This document shows, one piece after another, positions 10,851-24,785 of a stretch of DNA of 64,000 nucleotides. Origin of the DNA: Octopus sinensis (lineage: Eukaryota); assembly GCF_006345805.1 (NCBI RefSeq), contig NC_043022.1, positions 5,332,001-5,396,000 of the forward strand. Reading direction: 5' to 3'. The notes beneath the pieces are model-generated. The model had not been told where the DNA came from and made no database searches. It saw nothing but the letters and a program-made list of their open reading frames with translations. Position numbers and translations under genes: made by a program. Every line of letters begins with the position of its first letter. Position 1 is the first letter of the stretch.

Positions 10851-12616
10851 GCATTGATAGTGATGGCAGTGAAGAAGGTCATTGGCATGACTTGTGTAAA
10901 CCATTAGAATCTCTGCTATGAATGTTTAAAGACACCAACAACAATTTGTAAATCATAAATACTGGAACGACTCAGGTTACTCGATAAATTGATTACATGA
11001 CTAACAATGTTTTAATCAAGAAACTGGACAGTTAATTAAATTCAAATATTAGTTGTAATCTTATACTCTGCATATACACACACACACACAAACACCCTAT
11101 TTTCTCTCTATCTTCCATTCACAGTAATACATGCATACACACACACACACACACTTATAAATTGTTACATTTTGGGAGGATCATACAGCCAATAAAGACA
11201 CACACACTGGTTATGTTTCACTTCAGTTTTATTTCCTGTCGTTGCGATAATCAATTGAGCTATTGGTTAATATATTAGTCAAAGTCCTTTCCTCACATTT
11301 TTTGCAACCCTATCAATGAATATGTGCCCCTTGAGCCCCACCCCTCAGCACATATTGTATGCTTACTGTTTGCCTTCCTTATCAATAATTGGGTAAGAAA
11401 AAATACAAAAATGTAATAAAAGCATGGCATTGAATACAGGCACATTGGCATACCTGCACTTTGCAGCAGAAATCTTAAGATTGGTCCCTTTTGGTGGTAC
11501 AAAGCATTTTGTGGCCGTGTCACATAAAAGCACCCGTCTGGTACTGTGTAAAAGCACTTGGGTGGTGTCATGTAGGAGTGCCCATGCAGTGCTATGTAAA
11601 AGCCTCTGTGTGGTGCCACTGAAAAGCACCCAGCGCACTCTGTAAAGTGATTGGCATTAAGAAGGCCATCTAGCCATAAACAGAGCTGGCTCAAGGTGCC
11701 GGCAACTTGGGCAGTCACCCGGAACACCATGTGCTAGGGGGCGCCAAGGAGGGCATGACAAAGACAAGGAAATTTTCACAACTATCATCTTGTCCACACC
11801 GAAGTTCAGCTTGCTCGGGGTGCCAGCAACCGAGGGCTGGCCCTGGCCATACAGGCCATGCCAAATCAGGCTGGAACCTGATGCAGCTTACCAGCTCTGG
11901 TCAAATCGTCCAACCCATGGACATTGAATGATGATGACTATTCATTCTCCCAAATAATAAATACTGTCCCCTATAATTTTTGTCATTAACACAAGCCTTG
12001 TAAAAGAAGTGTATGACCTGGAATACTCAGCCACTTGCACATTGATTTCATGAGCAGGCTGTTCCTTTGATCAGATTAACCAGAACACTCATTGTAACTG
12101 ACAGAGTACCAGTTATACATGATCCCTAATCAAACACATACTCCCTCTTTACGTACCTACTCCCTCATTTCTGTGTAAAAAAAGTAAAGGTAAAGTTACT
12201 GCTGACCCATAAGGGCTGGTTTCCCAGTTTCCAAGGCGTATAAATTCCCCACCTGGATGGGATGCCAGTCCCTTGCAGGATTACTCATTTTTTCACCAGC
12301 TGAGTGGACTGGAGCAACATGAAATGAAGTGTCTTGCTTAAGAACACAATGCATCGCCCAGTCCAGGAATCGAAACCACAATCTTATGATCATGAGTCCA
12401 ACATCCCTAACCACGAAGCCACATACCTCCACTCATTTCTGTGTATTCCCTCATCACTACACACCCCTTCATCATGCACCTACTCTCTTCCCGCATCATG
12501 TACCCATACACATTCCTCCACCCTGCACATAATCCACCCTCATCTAAATCCTCTGTCCCCCCCCCCCATCACACCCCCTCTCGATCACAAACAGAACAGT
12601 ATGGAGTCTTACTCAC

Positions 12617-12708
12617 ATTAAATGTTTTTCCATCAGATCGGTAAATTTGTTGGAAGAGTCCAAGTCCATATTTGGAACAGACCGGTTTCTGAAGACTGCC
12701 TTCATATT
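12617..12708 (-). CDS. VWA3B: VWA3B-like coding exon (EYEGSLQKPVCSKYGLGLFQQIYRSDGKTFN)
   Basis: 92 nt, phase 1/0. Acceptor ttgtctctacag, donor AAT|GTGAGT. Resembles recalled VWA3B 'DYVASLGRPVASRYADGLFPQLYRAEDGRVYN'. Confidence 0.92.
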
Positions 12709-12809
12709 CTGTAGAGACAAACAACAGATTCATTTGTTGCAATTTCATTTCCTTTAATAACATCATCAGCCTTTTAATAATTATTTTTAATAATTATAAT
12801 TATAATTTA

Positions 12810-13235
12810 ATGTGGTGAGATGGTGGAATCATTAGCAGAGGACAAAATGTTTAAACAGCATTTCCACTATCTTTACGTTCTGAGCTCAAATTCTATCAAG
12901 GTTGACTTTGCCTTTCATCCTTTCAGGGTCAATAAAATAAGTATCAGTTAAACGCTGGGGTCGATGTAATCGACCTGCCCCCTCCCCCCAAATTGCTGGC
13001 CTTGTGCCAAGATTTGAAATCATTTATTATAATAATGATTTAATGTGGTGAGATGGTGGAATCGTTAGCACACAAGACAAAACGCTTAAACAACATTTCC
13101 TCCAGCTTCATGTTCTGAGTTCAAATTCCACTGAGGTACCTTTCATTCTTTCAGGCTCAATAAAATAAGTACCAGTTATGTACTGGGGTTGATGTAATTG
13201 ACCAGCCCCCTTCCCTGAAATTCCTGACCTTGTAA
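12810..13235 (+). mobile_element. Two tandem diverged family C SINEs
   Basis: Both begin TTTAATGTGGTGAGATGGTGGAATC and carry the CCTTTCAT..AATAAAATAAGTA core. Confidence 0.7.
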
Positions 13236-13386
13236 TTTGATTTAATTATAGCATCATCTCTATTTAGTAATTGCAATAACAAATGTATAAATTGCTCTCA
13301 TCTTATACCATATAATTAAAAGAGTTGCCTTTCGTTCACTTGGCCACTTGATTCTGTAACGAACTGTCCTTCAATAAACTCTTTAA

Positions 13387-13607
13387 CCCTTTCGTTACTG
13401 TATTTATTTTGAGATGCTCTGTGTTGTTTTCAATTACTTTAACTATAACAAAGAATTTAGTAAAATAACTTAGTTATCATTCAGCTAGTGTTAGGAACAT
13501 AAATTGTGGCTAAGGTTTGGTGGAAGATTTTAATTCAAAACTTATGAAAACAAGACATTTGTACTGCAGAGCCAAGGTCGGTTTTAGCCGGGTTGGTAAC
13601 GAAAGGG
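13387..13607. mobile_element. piggyBac-type MITE, family 1 (inverted relative to 5565-5785)
   Basis: TTAA|CCCTTTCGTTAC ... GTAACGAAAGGG|TTAA, 221 bp. Confidence 0.88.
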
Positions 13608-13779
13608 TTAATATGGCATCTACTTATGTTAAACAGTAGGTCACTCTTGTCTTACTCATTTGACTTTGTTTCATGTTCATTGCTGGTAAGAGACACAGTG
13701 TTTTGTTTCGCATACCAAGTACACTAGTGGGTTACAAGTCAATTTTGTGCCTCGCTGTTGTATGGGGAATCTGTACACC

Positions 13780-14480
13780 TTAAGAGTCAGGATGACTCGA
13801 GAAAATAACTTTACCTTCACCACATGTCTTGAGATGGTCTTCAGAGATGTGGCATCAACATGTATGGTGAGCTTTTAACATACACCTCTGATTCACAGAT
13901 GGCTTTTTGCTCATCACAGAATCCTCAGATCAACTGCAGACTTTGCTGACAAGGGCTGAACACCCTGAGATCAGCCGTAGGGATCAAAATAAACCATATA
14001 GAAAGAAAATGGATGCAGTCTGAAGATGTAGCACAAGGTTCAATAGTGATGGGAATCTGTGAATTGTGTAAGGAGCATAAATATAGGCTGAGGTATGAAC
14101 ACTGAAATCCCACACAGAATGAGAGAAGAGTTGAAAAGGGTTTTGCCTTCAATGAAGATGGGCCCTGGACAAGACCCTGCTTGCCAGTCTCTCCAATAGC
14201 ACTGTTCCTTTTGTGATCTTATTCGTGAAACATGGCCTTCTGTGAAGAAGGGAGAACAGTCACTGGCAGCAACTCAGAGGACCATGGAAGGAGCCAATAT
14301 TTGGAGTATCATTGAGGCAGAATAGCTAAATATTTAAAACGAGATTATTTGATGTGATTGCAGAACATTGAAAGCACAAGTCCCACAGGATTGGTCAAGC
14401 CCTAATATTCATAGACAATAGGTAGATCCGTCCCCTGCAGTTTTGGAGTGGTACTTAAGAGGTTAGAAGAGGCTATTTGA
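13780..14480 (+). mobile_element. Highly decayed RTE-type reverse transcriptase relic
   Basis: Broken frames read FTTCLEMVFRD, GINMYGELL, FTDGFLLITESSDQLQTLL (decayed FADD motif) and AVGIKINH. Boundaries approximate. Confidence 0.55.
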
Positions 14481-15017
14481 AAGACTTCCTCTAAAACAAT
14501 GGAAAGATGGACATAGGCAAAGAATTCAGGCCCAAATGGGAAAAAAAAGAGTGCAATCACAGGGGAAATGGAAGGGCATTGTGATCAGTGATGTAAGAAG
14601 ACATCTGATTTTTTCCCACACTTCATCAGTTATGATGGCAAGTGTTCTAGTTGATCCGATCAATGGAACAGCCTGCTTGTGAAATTAACATGCAAGTGGC
14701 TGAGTACTCCACAGACATGCATACCCTTGATGTAGCTCTCAGGGAGATTCAGTGTGACACAGAATGAGACAAGGCTGGCCCTTTTGAATTACAGGTACAA
14801 TACATATTCTTGCCAGCTGAGTGGATTGGAGCAATGTGGAATAAAGTGTCTTGCTCAAGGACACAACACGTTGCTGGACATTGAACTTATGACCTTACAA
14901 TCATGAGCCGAATGCCCTAACCACTAAGCCACAGGCCTCCACATCGAATAATCTGGTCAAAAAAATTTTCAAATAAAAAATGGAATAATAAATAAAAATG
15001 GTTTCTGGAGAACTGAC

Positions 15018-15231
15018 CTTCTGAGACTTTGAAGCCAATTTTTGGCAACAAACTAAACAGATCCAGTTGGTGCCGTTTCAATCCATAAGAATTTAACCAT
15101 TTTGTTGAACTGATCAGTTCTGTGGCTTCAGCTGGGAGTCTGCAACTTTCATAATGAATTTGGTAAAGAGGACATCCAAATATCTGCATCTTTCTTCTGG
15201 TGTCTTGCTCTTCTTCAGGCTTTGATCTCAT
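15018..15231 (-). CDS. VWA3B: VWA3B-like coding exon from a candidate ATG (MRSKPEEE..LISSTKWLNSYGLKRHQLDLFSLLPKIGFKVSE)
   Basis: Acceptor ctgtttcag puts the exon start at 15247. ATG in GCAACCATGA context; donor GAAG|GTCAGT (phase 1). Resembles recalled VWA3B 'LISSEKWLQLHGLKSNKLTLKQILSQIGFPHCE'. The frame is open to the acceptor, so the true start may lie upstream. Confidence 0.88.
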
Positions 15232-16295
15232 GGTTGCCTCATTGGATCTGAAACAGTTTCAAACTTTTAACTCACACACCTCAGTCCTGTTCTCTTATTC
15301 TTTTACTTGTTTCAGTCATTTGACTGCGGCCATGCTGGAGCACTGCCTTTACACGCAACAACTCAAACCCCGGGACTTACTCTTTGTAAGCCTGGTACTT
15401 ATTCTATCGGTCTCTTTTGCTGAACTGCTAAGTTACTGGGACATAAACACACCAACATGGGTTGTCAAACACACACACACACACACACATACACACAAAC
15501 ATATACATATTTAAAATATATGACAGGCTTCTTTCAGTTTCCATCTGCCAAATCCACTCACAAGGCTTTGGTTGGCTGAAAACACCCAAGGTGTCATACA
15601 GTGGGACTGAACCTGGATCCCTGTCATTGGGAAGCAAGCTTCTTACCACACACCCATGCCTGCACCTATAATAATATTTGGTCTTTTATTTTGTACTTGT
15701 TTCACTCATTAGATTGTGGCCATGCTGGGGCACTCCTTGAAGCATTTTAGTTGAATGACTCTATCCCAGGACTTATTTTAAAGCCTAGTACTTATTCTAT
15801 CCATCTCTTTTGCTGAACTGCTATGTTATAGGGATGTAAGCACACCAACACCAGTTGTCAAGCAGTGGTGGCGACAAGCATAATGACAAACACACATGCG
15901 CACACACTCACATGTACACACTCTCTCACACACACACACGTTTAGATACAACAGGCTTCTTTCAGTTTCTATCTACCAATCCACTCACAAGGCTTTGGTC
16001 ATCCTGAGAGGCTATAGATGTGGGGCCCCTGATTTCCCTTGATGCCCTAAGCACAAGCTTATTTTGCAGAATGGTTAATCCAGTGCTGTGTCTGGGAAAG
16101 GTTCCCATGGAAGCAGTTCAAGACAGCAAGGGCAAAATAAGACTCCAGCCAATCAGGTTTTTTGAATTGATTGGTTGGTGTTATGAAGGGTATCCAGCCA
16201 TAAAAACCCTGCCAAAAAAGACACTGTAGCTTGGGGTAGTTTTCTACCTGGCTGGCTCCTGTCAACCATTAAACGATGATGATAATGATATATAT

Positions 16296-16455
16296 GTGAG
16301 TGGCTGTGTGGTAAGTAGCTTGCTAACCAACCACATGGTTCCGGGTTCAGTCCCACTGTGTGGCATCTTGGGCAAGTGTCTTCTGCTATAGCCCCGGGCC
16401 GACCAATTCCTTGAGAGTGGATTTGGTAGACGGAAACTGAAAGAAGCCTGTCGTA

Positions 16456-16489
<34 letters not shown>

Positions 16490-16902
16490 TTCAACAACAA
16501 TTGAGGAATGGCCTTAATAGGCCATTCGACCCACTAGAAAGAGCAGCCAGGACTCAAACCGCCAAGTAGTAGTAATTCAGAAATTAAAGGAAAATTTAAA
16601 AACATTTACCCTAATTCATCTTTAGACAATGCATTGTTTCGGTGTTTTTAATGGCAAACCAGCTTAATTAAATTAATTAAATTAAACTATATATGTGTGT
16701 GTGTTTGTGCCCCTAGCATTGCTTGACAACCGATGCTGGTGTGTTTACGTACCCGTCACTTAGCGGTTCGGCAAAAGAGACTGATAGAATAAGTACTGGG
16801 CTTACAAAGAATAAGTCCCAGGGTCGATTTGCTCGACTAAAGGTGATGCTCCAGCATGGCCGCAGTCAAATGACTGAAACAAGTAAAAAGAGTAAAAAAG
16901 AG
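16296..16902 (+). mobile_element. SINE family A with an ~200-bp insertion in its internal (TA)n
   Basis: Head 16296-16455 and tail about 16700-16902; forms an inverted pair with 17129-17567. Confidence 0.8.
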
Positions 16903-17128
16903 TATACATATATATATCATCATCATCATCGTCGTATATATACTGTTAGACTTTGTTTGCGTTATTTCTTCCTTCTGTTTTGCATATGTGAATTAGAGGG
17001 ATATGTCGTATGTGGAGTGTCATTTGTAGAAAATAGAAATAAACAGTCTTTGACTGCTATTTCTAATTTTTCGGTATGTGGCTAAGCAACCTGTTGCCTG
17101 CCTTTTTTTATTTATATACAAAATATAT

Positions 17129-17365
17129 ACTCTTTTACTTTTTACTCTTTTACTTGTTTCAGTCATTTGACTGCGGCCATGCTGGAGCACCGCCTTTAGT
17201 CGAGCAACTCGACCCCGGGACTTATTCTTTTGTAAGCCCAGTACTTATTTTATCGGTCTCTTTTGCCGAACCGCTAAGTGACGGGGACGTAAACACACCA
17301 GCATCGGTTGTCAAGCAATGCTAGGGAGACAAACACATACATACACACACATGCATATATATATA

Positions 17366-17396
<31 letters not shown>

Positions 17397-17567
17397 CATA
17401 TATACGACAGGCTTCTTTCAGTTTCCATCTACCAAATCCACTCACAAGGCATTGGTCAGCCCGGGACTATAGCAGAAGACACTTGCCCAAGATGGCACGC
17501 AGTGGGACTGAACCCGGAACCATGTAGTTGGTTAGCAAGCTACTTACCACACAGCCACTCCTGCACC
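17129..17567 (-). mobile_element. SINE family A, full-length
   Basis: Near-identical to 3101-3515. Confidence 0.9.
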
Positions 17568-17589
17568 TATATATATATATATCATCATC

Positions 17590-17692
<103 letters not shown>

Positions 17693-19321
17693 TGAGTGTG
17701 TGTGTGTGTGATCAGAGCACCTAGAGATGATTGAATATTGAACTGATCAAATCAGTGTCCAATATAACCCCAAAAGATGTATCTGTAGTCTAAAAAATAG
17801 AACCCTCCCTCAAGCTGACCCTTTTATTCTGCCATTGTCTTCATGCTTCTTACAAGTTAAATAAAATATGAAGTTACTTTTGTGTAGGATTCTTAAATTT
17901 TTTATATTCCAAAATGGGATAATTTGAAGCCAAATATTTCGATGTGAGTCAGTTCCAATGACCATTTTTAGGACATTCCATCTTAAATCTAAATAGAATT
18001 AGCAGCAAATCCATTGCCAATGGAATTTGGTTTGACATCTAATTCTAAGAATGGAACAGCAGGCTCTCAACTAATGTAGATTTTCTACCTTGGGGTCATT
18101 GTGCTTTATAGTAATTACAAGTAAATTTCTAACCAATTCTGACCTTCAGTCAAAGACCAGAAGCCACAGGCATCCATTTAGCAGTCAAAGACCAACACAT
18201 ATTCCATTTCTTTTCTTTCTTATATTTCAGAAATAGGAAAGATTTGTTTGTTTTTTTTCACTTCTTTATTTTTCCATTTTATTTCAGAAGATGTTTCTTC
18301 TTAAAAGCTTACCAACACACAAACTCGTCAAAGTTCCATGATTATTAATTAGCATTGGTTTGATTATAGTAATAATGGTTAATTATCTTCAGATAATTTC
18401 TTGTTTCTTTGATGGCATCCCCCAATTTTCTAATTAATATTTCTTATAAATTTTGCTAATTAATTCTTTTCCTGAGCTAATTAAAATTCTCTCTGTTATG
18501 TTAATCCTTTTTGATACCAATCCATCTGAGATTACCCTGGGATCAGTGATACAAAATTCATGTTTAAGGTAATCTAAAAACCTTCCATCAAACTTTTATG
18601 TTCATTTGTGTCCCAAATGCAGATCAATAACGACAGTCATTTTAAATTTTTAATGTATTGAAGAATTTACTTCTATACATTAAAAGTTACTTGGAACAAA
18701 ACTGATGTATTTCAACAGAATTATGGGAGCAAAAGAGTTAAGAAGGAAAATCTACTCAGAAATGTTTGTAAATACATTTGTATTTATGTATATGCATTCA
18801 AGTGCATTTTTATATGTGTATTTATGAGTGTATGTGTCTGTTTATATATATATATATATATATCCGTATGTTTTCATTATCGTTCATTACGTTCTTGTTC
18901 CGCGTGGCCATTTGCCAGCTCCGTCTGGCACCTGTGCGGGTGGCACATAAAAAGCACCCACTACACTCACAGAGTGGTTGGCGTTAGGAAGGGCATCCAG
19001 CCGTAGAAACATGGCCAGATCTGTCTGGGCCTGATGCGGCCTTCCGGCTTCACAGACCCCAGTTGAACCGTCCAACCCATGCTAGCATGGAAAGCGGACG
19101 CTAAATGATGATGATGATGATGATGATGAATAGTTTCTGATATGTATGACAGGTGAGCAAGATGTAGTGGCTATCATGCCTTTATCAAAACTTTAGAAAT
19201 AATGCTACTTACACATTGAAAAGAAAATATACACAGAAATCAGTACCCGAAACAAAAGAGGACCCTAAACACATGAACAGGAAGAAGACACCACCTCATA
19301 AAATTCATGGAACTATGCAGA

Positions 19322-19722
19322 ATACACACATACACATATACACACATACATACATACATACATACATACACACACATACATACATACATACATACACACA
19401 TACATAAATACAAACAAACAAACATACATACATACATACATATATACACACACACACATACACATATACACACACACATACATACATACATACACACATA
19501 CACATACACACACACACATACATACATACATACATACATACATACACAGATACATACATACACACATACATACATACACACATACATACATACACACATA
19601 CATACATACATGCATACATACATACACACACACATACATACATACATACACACATACATACATACATACACATGCACACACATACACATATACACACATA
19701 CATACATACATACATACATACA

Positions 19723-19752
<30 letters not shown>
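19322..19752. repeat. (TACA/CA)n microsatellite
   Basis: Seen directly. Confidence 0.95.
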
Positions 19753-19754
<2 letters not shown>

Positions 19755-20164
19755 AGTGTTTGCGTGTGTGTATGGAAGTAATGTTTACATTAGTCAGAAC
19801 ATTACAGTGTTGGCTAAAATTCTATAGAATTGTTTATGGTACATTCTTAATTCTTATAAGAGAATTCTAGAAAATGGCTTAGTTAGGAAAGAAAGAAAGG
19901 AACTCTTCACTCTTTTCAGAATTTCCAAGACTGGTGGTTGGAAGTAGGGGAAGTTGTTCTCAGACTGGGACCAAGTGGTGATGCCAAAATGAGAGAAGGT
20001 TTAATCCTAGCATTGAAGAAGTAGAACAGTTCTGTAAAATGGTCTTCCATGGGTTTTCTGTCAATCTCATTTCACTGATAATAAGTCTTTGGTCAAGCTG
20101 AGGTGAGGGTGGAAGGTATTTGGTCAAGGTACCACACAATGGGAATGAGTTTGGGACAATACGT

Positions 20165-20560
20165 TTACTCTTTACTCTTTTACTCTTTTATTTGTTTCAG
20201 TCATTTGACTGTGGCCATGCTGGAGCACCGCCTTTAATCGAGCAACTCGACCCCGGGACTTATTCTTTTTGTAAGCCCAGTACTTATTCTATCGGTCTCT
20301 TTTGCCGAACCGCTAACACACCAGCATAGGTTGTCAAGCAATGCTAGGGGGACAAACACAGACACACAAACACATACACACACACACACAACATATATAT
20401 ACATATATACGACAGGCTTCTTTCAGTTTTCGTCTACCAAATCCACTCACAAGGCATTGGTCGGCCCGGGGCTATAGCAGAAGACACTTGCCCAAGATGC
20501 CACGCAGTGGGACTGAACCCGGAACCATGTGGTTGGTTAGCAAGCTACTTACCACACAGC
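20165..20560 (-). mobile_element. SINE family A
   Basis: Near-identical to 3101-3515 with a small internal deletion. Confidence 0.88.
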
Positions 20561-22083
20561 TGTCACTCCGTCATTTATGATGATGAGGTTTCCAGTTGAT
20601 CCAATCAAGAGAACAACCTGCTCGTTAAATTAATGTGCAAGTGGCTGAGTATTCTACAGACACATTTACCCTTAATGTAGTTCTAAAAGAGATTCAGCTT
20701 GACATAGAATGTGAGTAGGCTGGCCCTTTGAATTACAAGTACAACTCGTGAACCCTTAATACAGTTTATCACAGGAAGTGGTAACCACCAGTGTACCCAG
20801 GTGAGTCAGACATGAGGGTGCCAAGACAAGCATCAGAATTCTGTTTTGCATGATGTTGTTGTTGTTGTTGTTGTTGTGTAGCCCCAGGGTTTATTCTCAG
20901 GAAACTGACTTAGGATCAAAAAGCCTTCCAGCTGTGACCAACCCGTCGCATCTTTTATCAGACAAAAATTAATGGCTCTGCTCTCTGTTGCTTACAGAGT
21001 TCCAGTTGATTCAATAAATGGAACGACCTGGTTGTGAAATCAACATGCAAGTGGCTGAGTACTCCACAGACACGTGTACCCTTAACATAGTTCTAAAAGA
21101 GATTCAACTCGATACAGAATGTGTCAAGGCTGGCCCCCTTTGAATAACAGGTACAGCTCATATTTGCCAGGTGAGTGGACTGGAGCAATGTGAAAATAAA
21201 GTGTCTTGCTCAAGGCCACAGTGCACTGCTGGGAATTGAACTGATGACCTCACAATCATGAACTGTATGCACTAACCCCTAACCATGCACCTTCCCAAAA
21301 TAACTGGAACTCCATTGGTTGCAACAACAAGGGTTCCAGTTGATCCGGTCACCTGAGCAGCTGTTCAAGAAATTAACGTGCAAGTGGCTGAGTACTCCAC
21401 AGACATGCATACCCTTGATGTAGTTCTCAGGGAGATTCAGATTGACACAAAGTGTGACAAGGCTGGCCCTTTTTGAATTACAGGCACAGATCATCTTTTG
21501 CCAGATGAGTGAACTGGAGCAATAAAGTGAAATAAAGTGCATCCCCTGGAATTGAACTGATGACCTTATGATTGTGAGTCAAACACACTAACCACTAAGC
21601 CACTCACACCTCATTGGAACCATACAGTTGTAAAACAAACTGCTTATCCATATGGCCATTGCTACACTGCAATAAAAAAAACCCAGATGTCTTATGGTTG
21701 TGACTGTAATTGATCCCTCAACCTGTACTGTTCCAGAGTTCCACAGAAATACAACAACAACAACAACAACAACAACACAACCTACAAATGCCAGGTCATC
21801 GAATTTGTTCCTTTTTTCCCCTATTTTTCTTGTTTTTTATTTTTCTTTTAATAGTGATTATAGGATTATTTGTTTTCTTCAGTTCTTCATCTTCGAATCG
21901 ATAGCAACTCCGTGGATGGTGGATGGAAAGGGCCAGTTCTACTTAACCCCCGCCAAACAACGATACAATGTTGTTTACACTATTTCCAACCTATCCTAAC
22001 TCAGCTGATTGATTTTATTGAAATCATATCAAATTACACATTGACACTTTGGGTGGTCGGTGACAGATCAATGGCAAACATAC

Positions 22084-22186
22084 CTTGGAACTTTGACAGA
22101 ACAACTTCCTTGATCAATAACCAATATTATTTGCTCATCGGATAGAATTGGTATTTGTGTTTTTTGCATCACCAATATACATCTAT
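22084..22186 (-). other. Candidate upstream exon of the VWA3B-like gene (possible ATG at 22169: MQKTQIPILSDEQIILVIDQGSCSVKVP)
   Basis: Acceptor tttacattttatag, donor CCAAG|GTATGT. Its phase 2 end joins in frame to the exon starting at 15247. No homology support. Confidence 0.35.
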
Positions 22187-22679
22187 CTATAAAATGTAAA
22201 ATTCCTGCATCTGTTGACAGCGCCATGAAGAGAATCTCTTGGCCATTCTTAGATCTAATTCTTTCACTTTTCTCAAGTTTTCAGTTTCACTCTTTTCCTA
22301 ATTACTGCATATTTCTTTCACTTGAGCCATGCTGGAGCACTGCCTTTAGTCGAACATAGTGACCCCACAACTTATTCTTTGTAAGCCAAGTACTTATTCT
22401 GTCGGTCTCTTTTGCCAAACTGCTAAGTTATGGGGACATAAACACACCAGCAGCAGTTGTCAAGTGATGGTAGTGGTGATGGGGAACACACACACACAGA
22501 CACACACACACACATATATATATACTAAAGGCTTCTTTCAGTTTCCATCTACCAAATCCACTCATAAGCCTTTGGTCAGCCCAAGGTTATAGTAGAAGAC
22601 ACTTGCCCAAGGTGACATGCAGTGGGACTGAACCTGGAGCCATTTGGTTGAGAAGCAAGCTTCTTACCAAACACCCGCT

Positions 22680-23440
22680 TGGAAGAAGACTCCATGGCCA
22701 TCCCCTCTGTTGACACAAGGATCAGCTGAAGCAAAGCCTAAAAACTGACTGGAATCGATCCCAAAGCCTGGAATCATTCCATCTCATCATCATCATTTAG
22801 CGTCCGCTTTCCATGCTAGCATGGGTTGGACGGTTCAACTGGGGTCTGGGAAGCCAGAAGGCTGCACCAGGCCCAGTTTGATCTGGCAGTGTTTCTACGG
22901 CTGGATGCCCTTCCTAACGCCAACCACTCCATGAGTGTAGTGGGTGCTTTTTACGTACCAGACGAGTCTGGCAAACGGCCACAATTGGATGGTGCTTTTT
23001 ACGTGCCACCGGCACGGGGACCAGGCGAGGCTGGCAATGGCCACGAACGGATGGTGCTTTTTACGTGCCACCAGCATGAGGCCAGTCAGGGCGGCGCTGG
23101 CAGCGGCCACGTTCGGATGGTTCTCTTACGTGCCACCGGCACTGGTAACTCAGCTGCAATTTCCATTGATCGATTTCGATTCTGATTCCACTGTGGCAAA
23201 TGATTTTGCAGCTGAACAACAGAGGAAAGAGAAAGAGAAACAACAAGAAAGAAAACGGAGGCTGCAACAACCAAAGCCTCCACCAGGGATCCGTTGTGAG
23301 CTTTGCAAGAGACAATTCCATGCAAGAATCAGCCTCATTGGTCATCAGAGGCATAAACATGGACAGAGCAGGAAGAAATGGTCAAGAAGAAACCAAGTAA
23401 AATATTGGATACACGATAAAACGACGCTGCTGCCACCGCT
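22680..23440 (+). mobile_element. RTE/BovB-like LINE 3' fragment split by a family D SINE
   Basis: Upstream piece reads GRRLHGHP..KDQLKQSLK; downstream piece reads ERKRRLQQ..CELCKRQFHARISLIGHQRHKH (C-terminal C2H2-like motif of RTE ORFs). Family D insert at about 22785-23185. Confidence 0.7.
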
Positions 23441-23858
23441 GATATATTTGGCATTTTAGATTTAGAAATGGTGAAGGCATGTGGCTCAGTGGTTAGGGGT
23501 TTGGGGCTCACAATTGAGAGGATGTGATTTCAATTCCTGGCAGGGCATTGTGTTCTTGAGCAAGAAACTTTATTTCACTTTAATCTGTGGATTACTCAGC
23601 CACTTGCATGTTAATTTCATGGGCAGGCTGTTCCATTGCTAGAATCAACAGGGAACCATTGTTATCATAAGCACCAGGGTTCCACTTTATGAATTATTCA
23701 ATATCCGGCCTCCATTTCTGAGTATTCCAAAATGTAAACACACTGTTTTTTCAACAAGTAAACTTACAAATACAGACCAGATTTTCAAATGGGTTTAAGT
23801 AAATATAACAGAATACACTTTACAACAAGCATTATGATCTCTTTGTCTTTCTATATAA

Positions 23859-23930
<72 letters not shown>

Positions 23931-24748
23931 AACCCATATACATATATATATATATATATATAACGGGAAGCTTTATGAAAATAAACAAAAGACGAAGGCA
24001 GGTGGAATACAAACAAACAATATATATATACACACCTATGCCTACTAATCTAATTATCTATAGCACCAGGTGGTGCTATTAACCCAGGTGGTGCTATTAA
24101 GTTAGACATGGCCTGGGCCAATAATGGCCGAAACCTATCAAAGTATCAAAGTATCTATTTATCTATCTATCTACCTATCAATCTGTTTGTCTGTCTGTCT
24201 GTCTACCTATCTACTTACCTGTCTGTCTGATTGTGTATCTACCTACCTACTTACCTATCGGTCTAATCTAATCTAATCTATTATTTATAAAGGTGCATTC
24301 TCGCACTACGCTTTGAATAAAATAAATACTGGCTTCTCTTTGATCAAATAAACCCTCTCCCTAGGTGCTGCTCCAGCATGGCCACAGTCCAGTGACTGAA
24401 ACAAGTAAAAGGATTTATGAAGAATATAAGAAGAACACAAGAACGTAATCACTGGATTTGAGAAACTGGGGAAACCTGGAAAGAGAGCGAGAGACTAGAG
24501 ATGATACGTAGCATACCACCACCACCACCACCACCACTACCACCACCGTCACCACCACCACCACCACCACCACCACCATCACCACCACCACCACCACCAT
24601 CACCACCACCACCACCACCACCACCACCATCACCACCACCACCACCACCATCACCACCACCACCACCACAACCTTCTCTGTCTCTGTCTCTCCTTTCGAT
24701 TTGTGTGTGTGTAATTGTGTACATGTGCAGGTGTCTAATTGTGTATGT

Positions 24749-24785
<37 letters not shown>

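Noticed and set aside
11163-11297. Possible short solo LTR (TGT..ACA with AATAAA)
   Set aside because: No TSD, no second copy and no convincing primer-binding site.
22095-22130. LVIDQGSCSVK resembling an actin or sugar-kinase phosphate-1 motif
   Set aside because: Too short, and no continuation of an actin-fold sequence in neighbouring exons.
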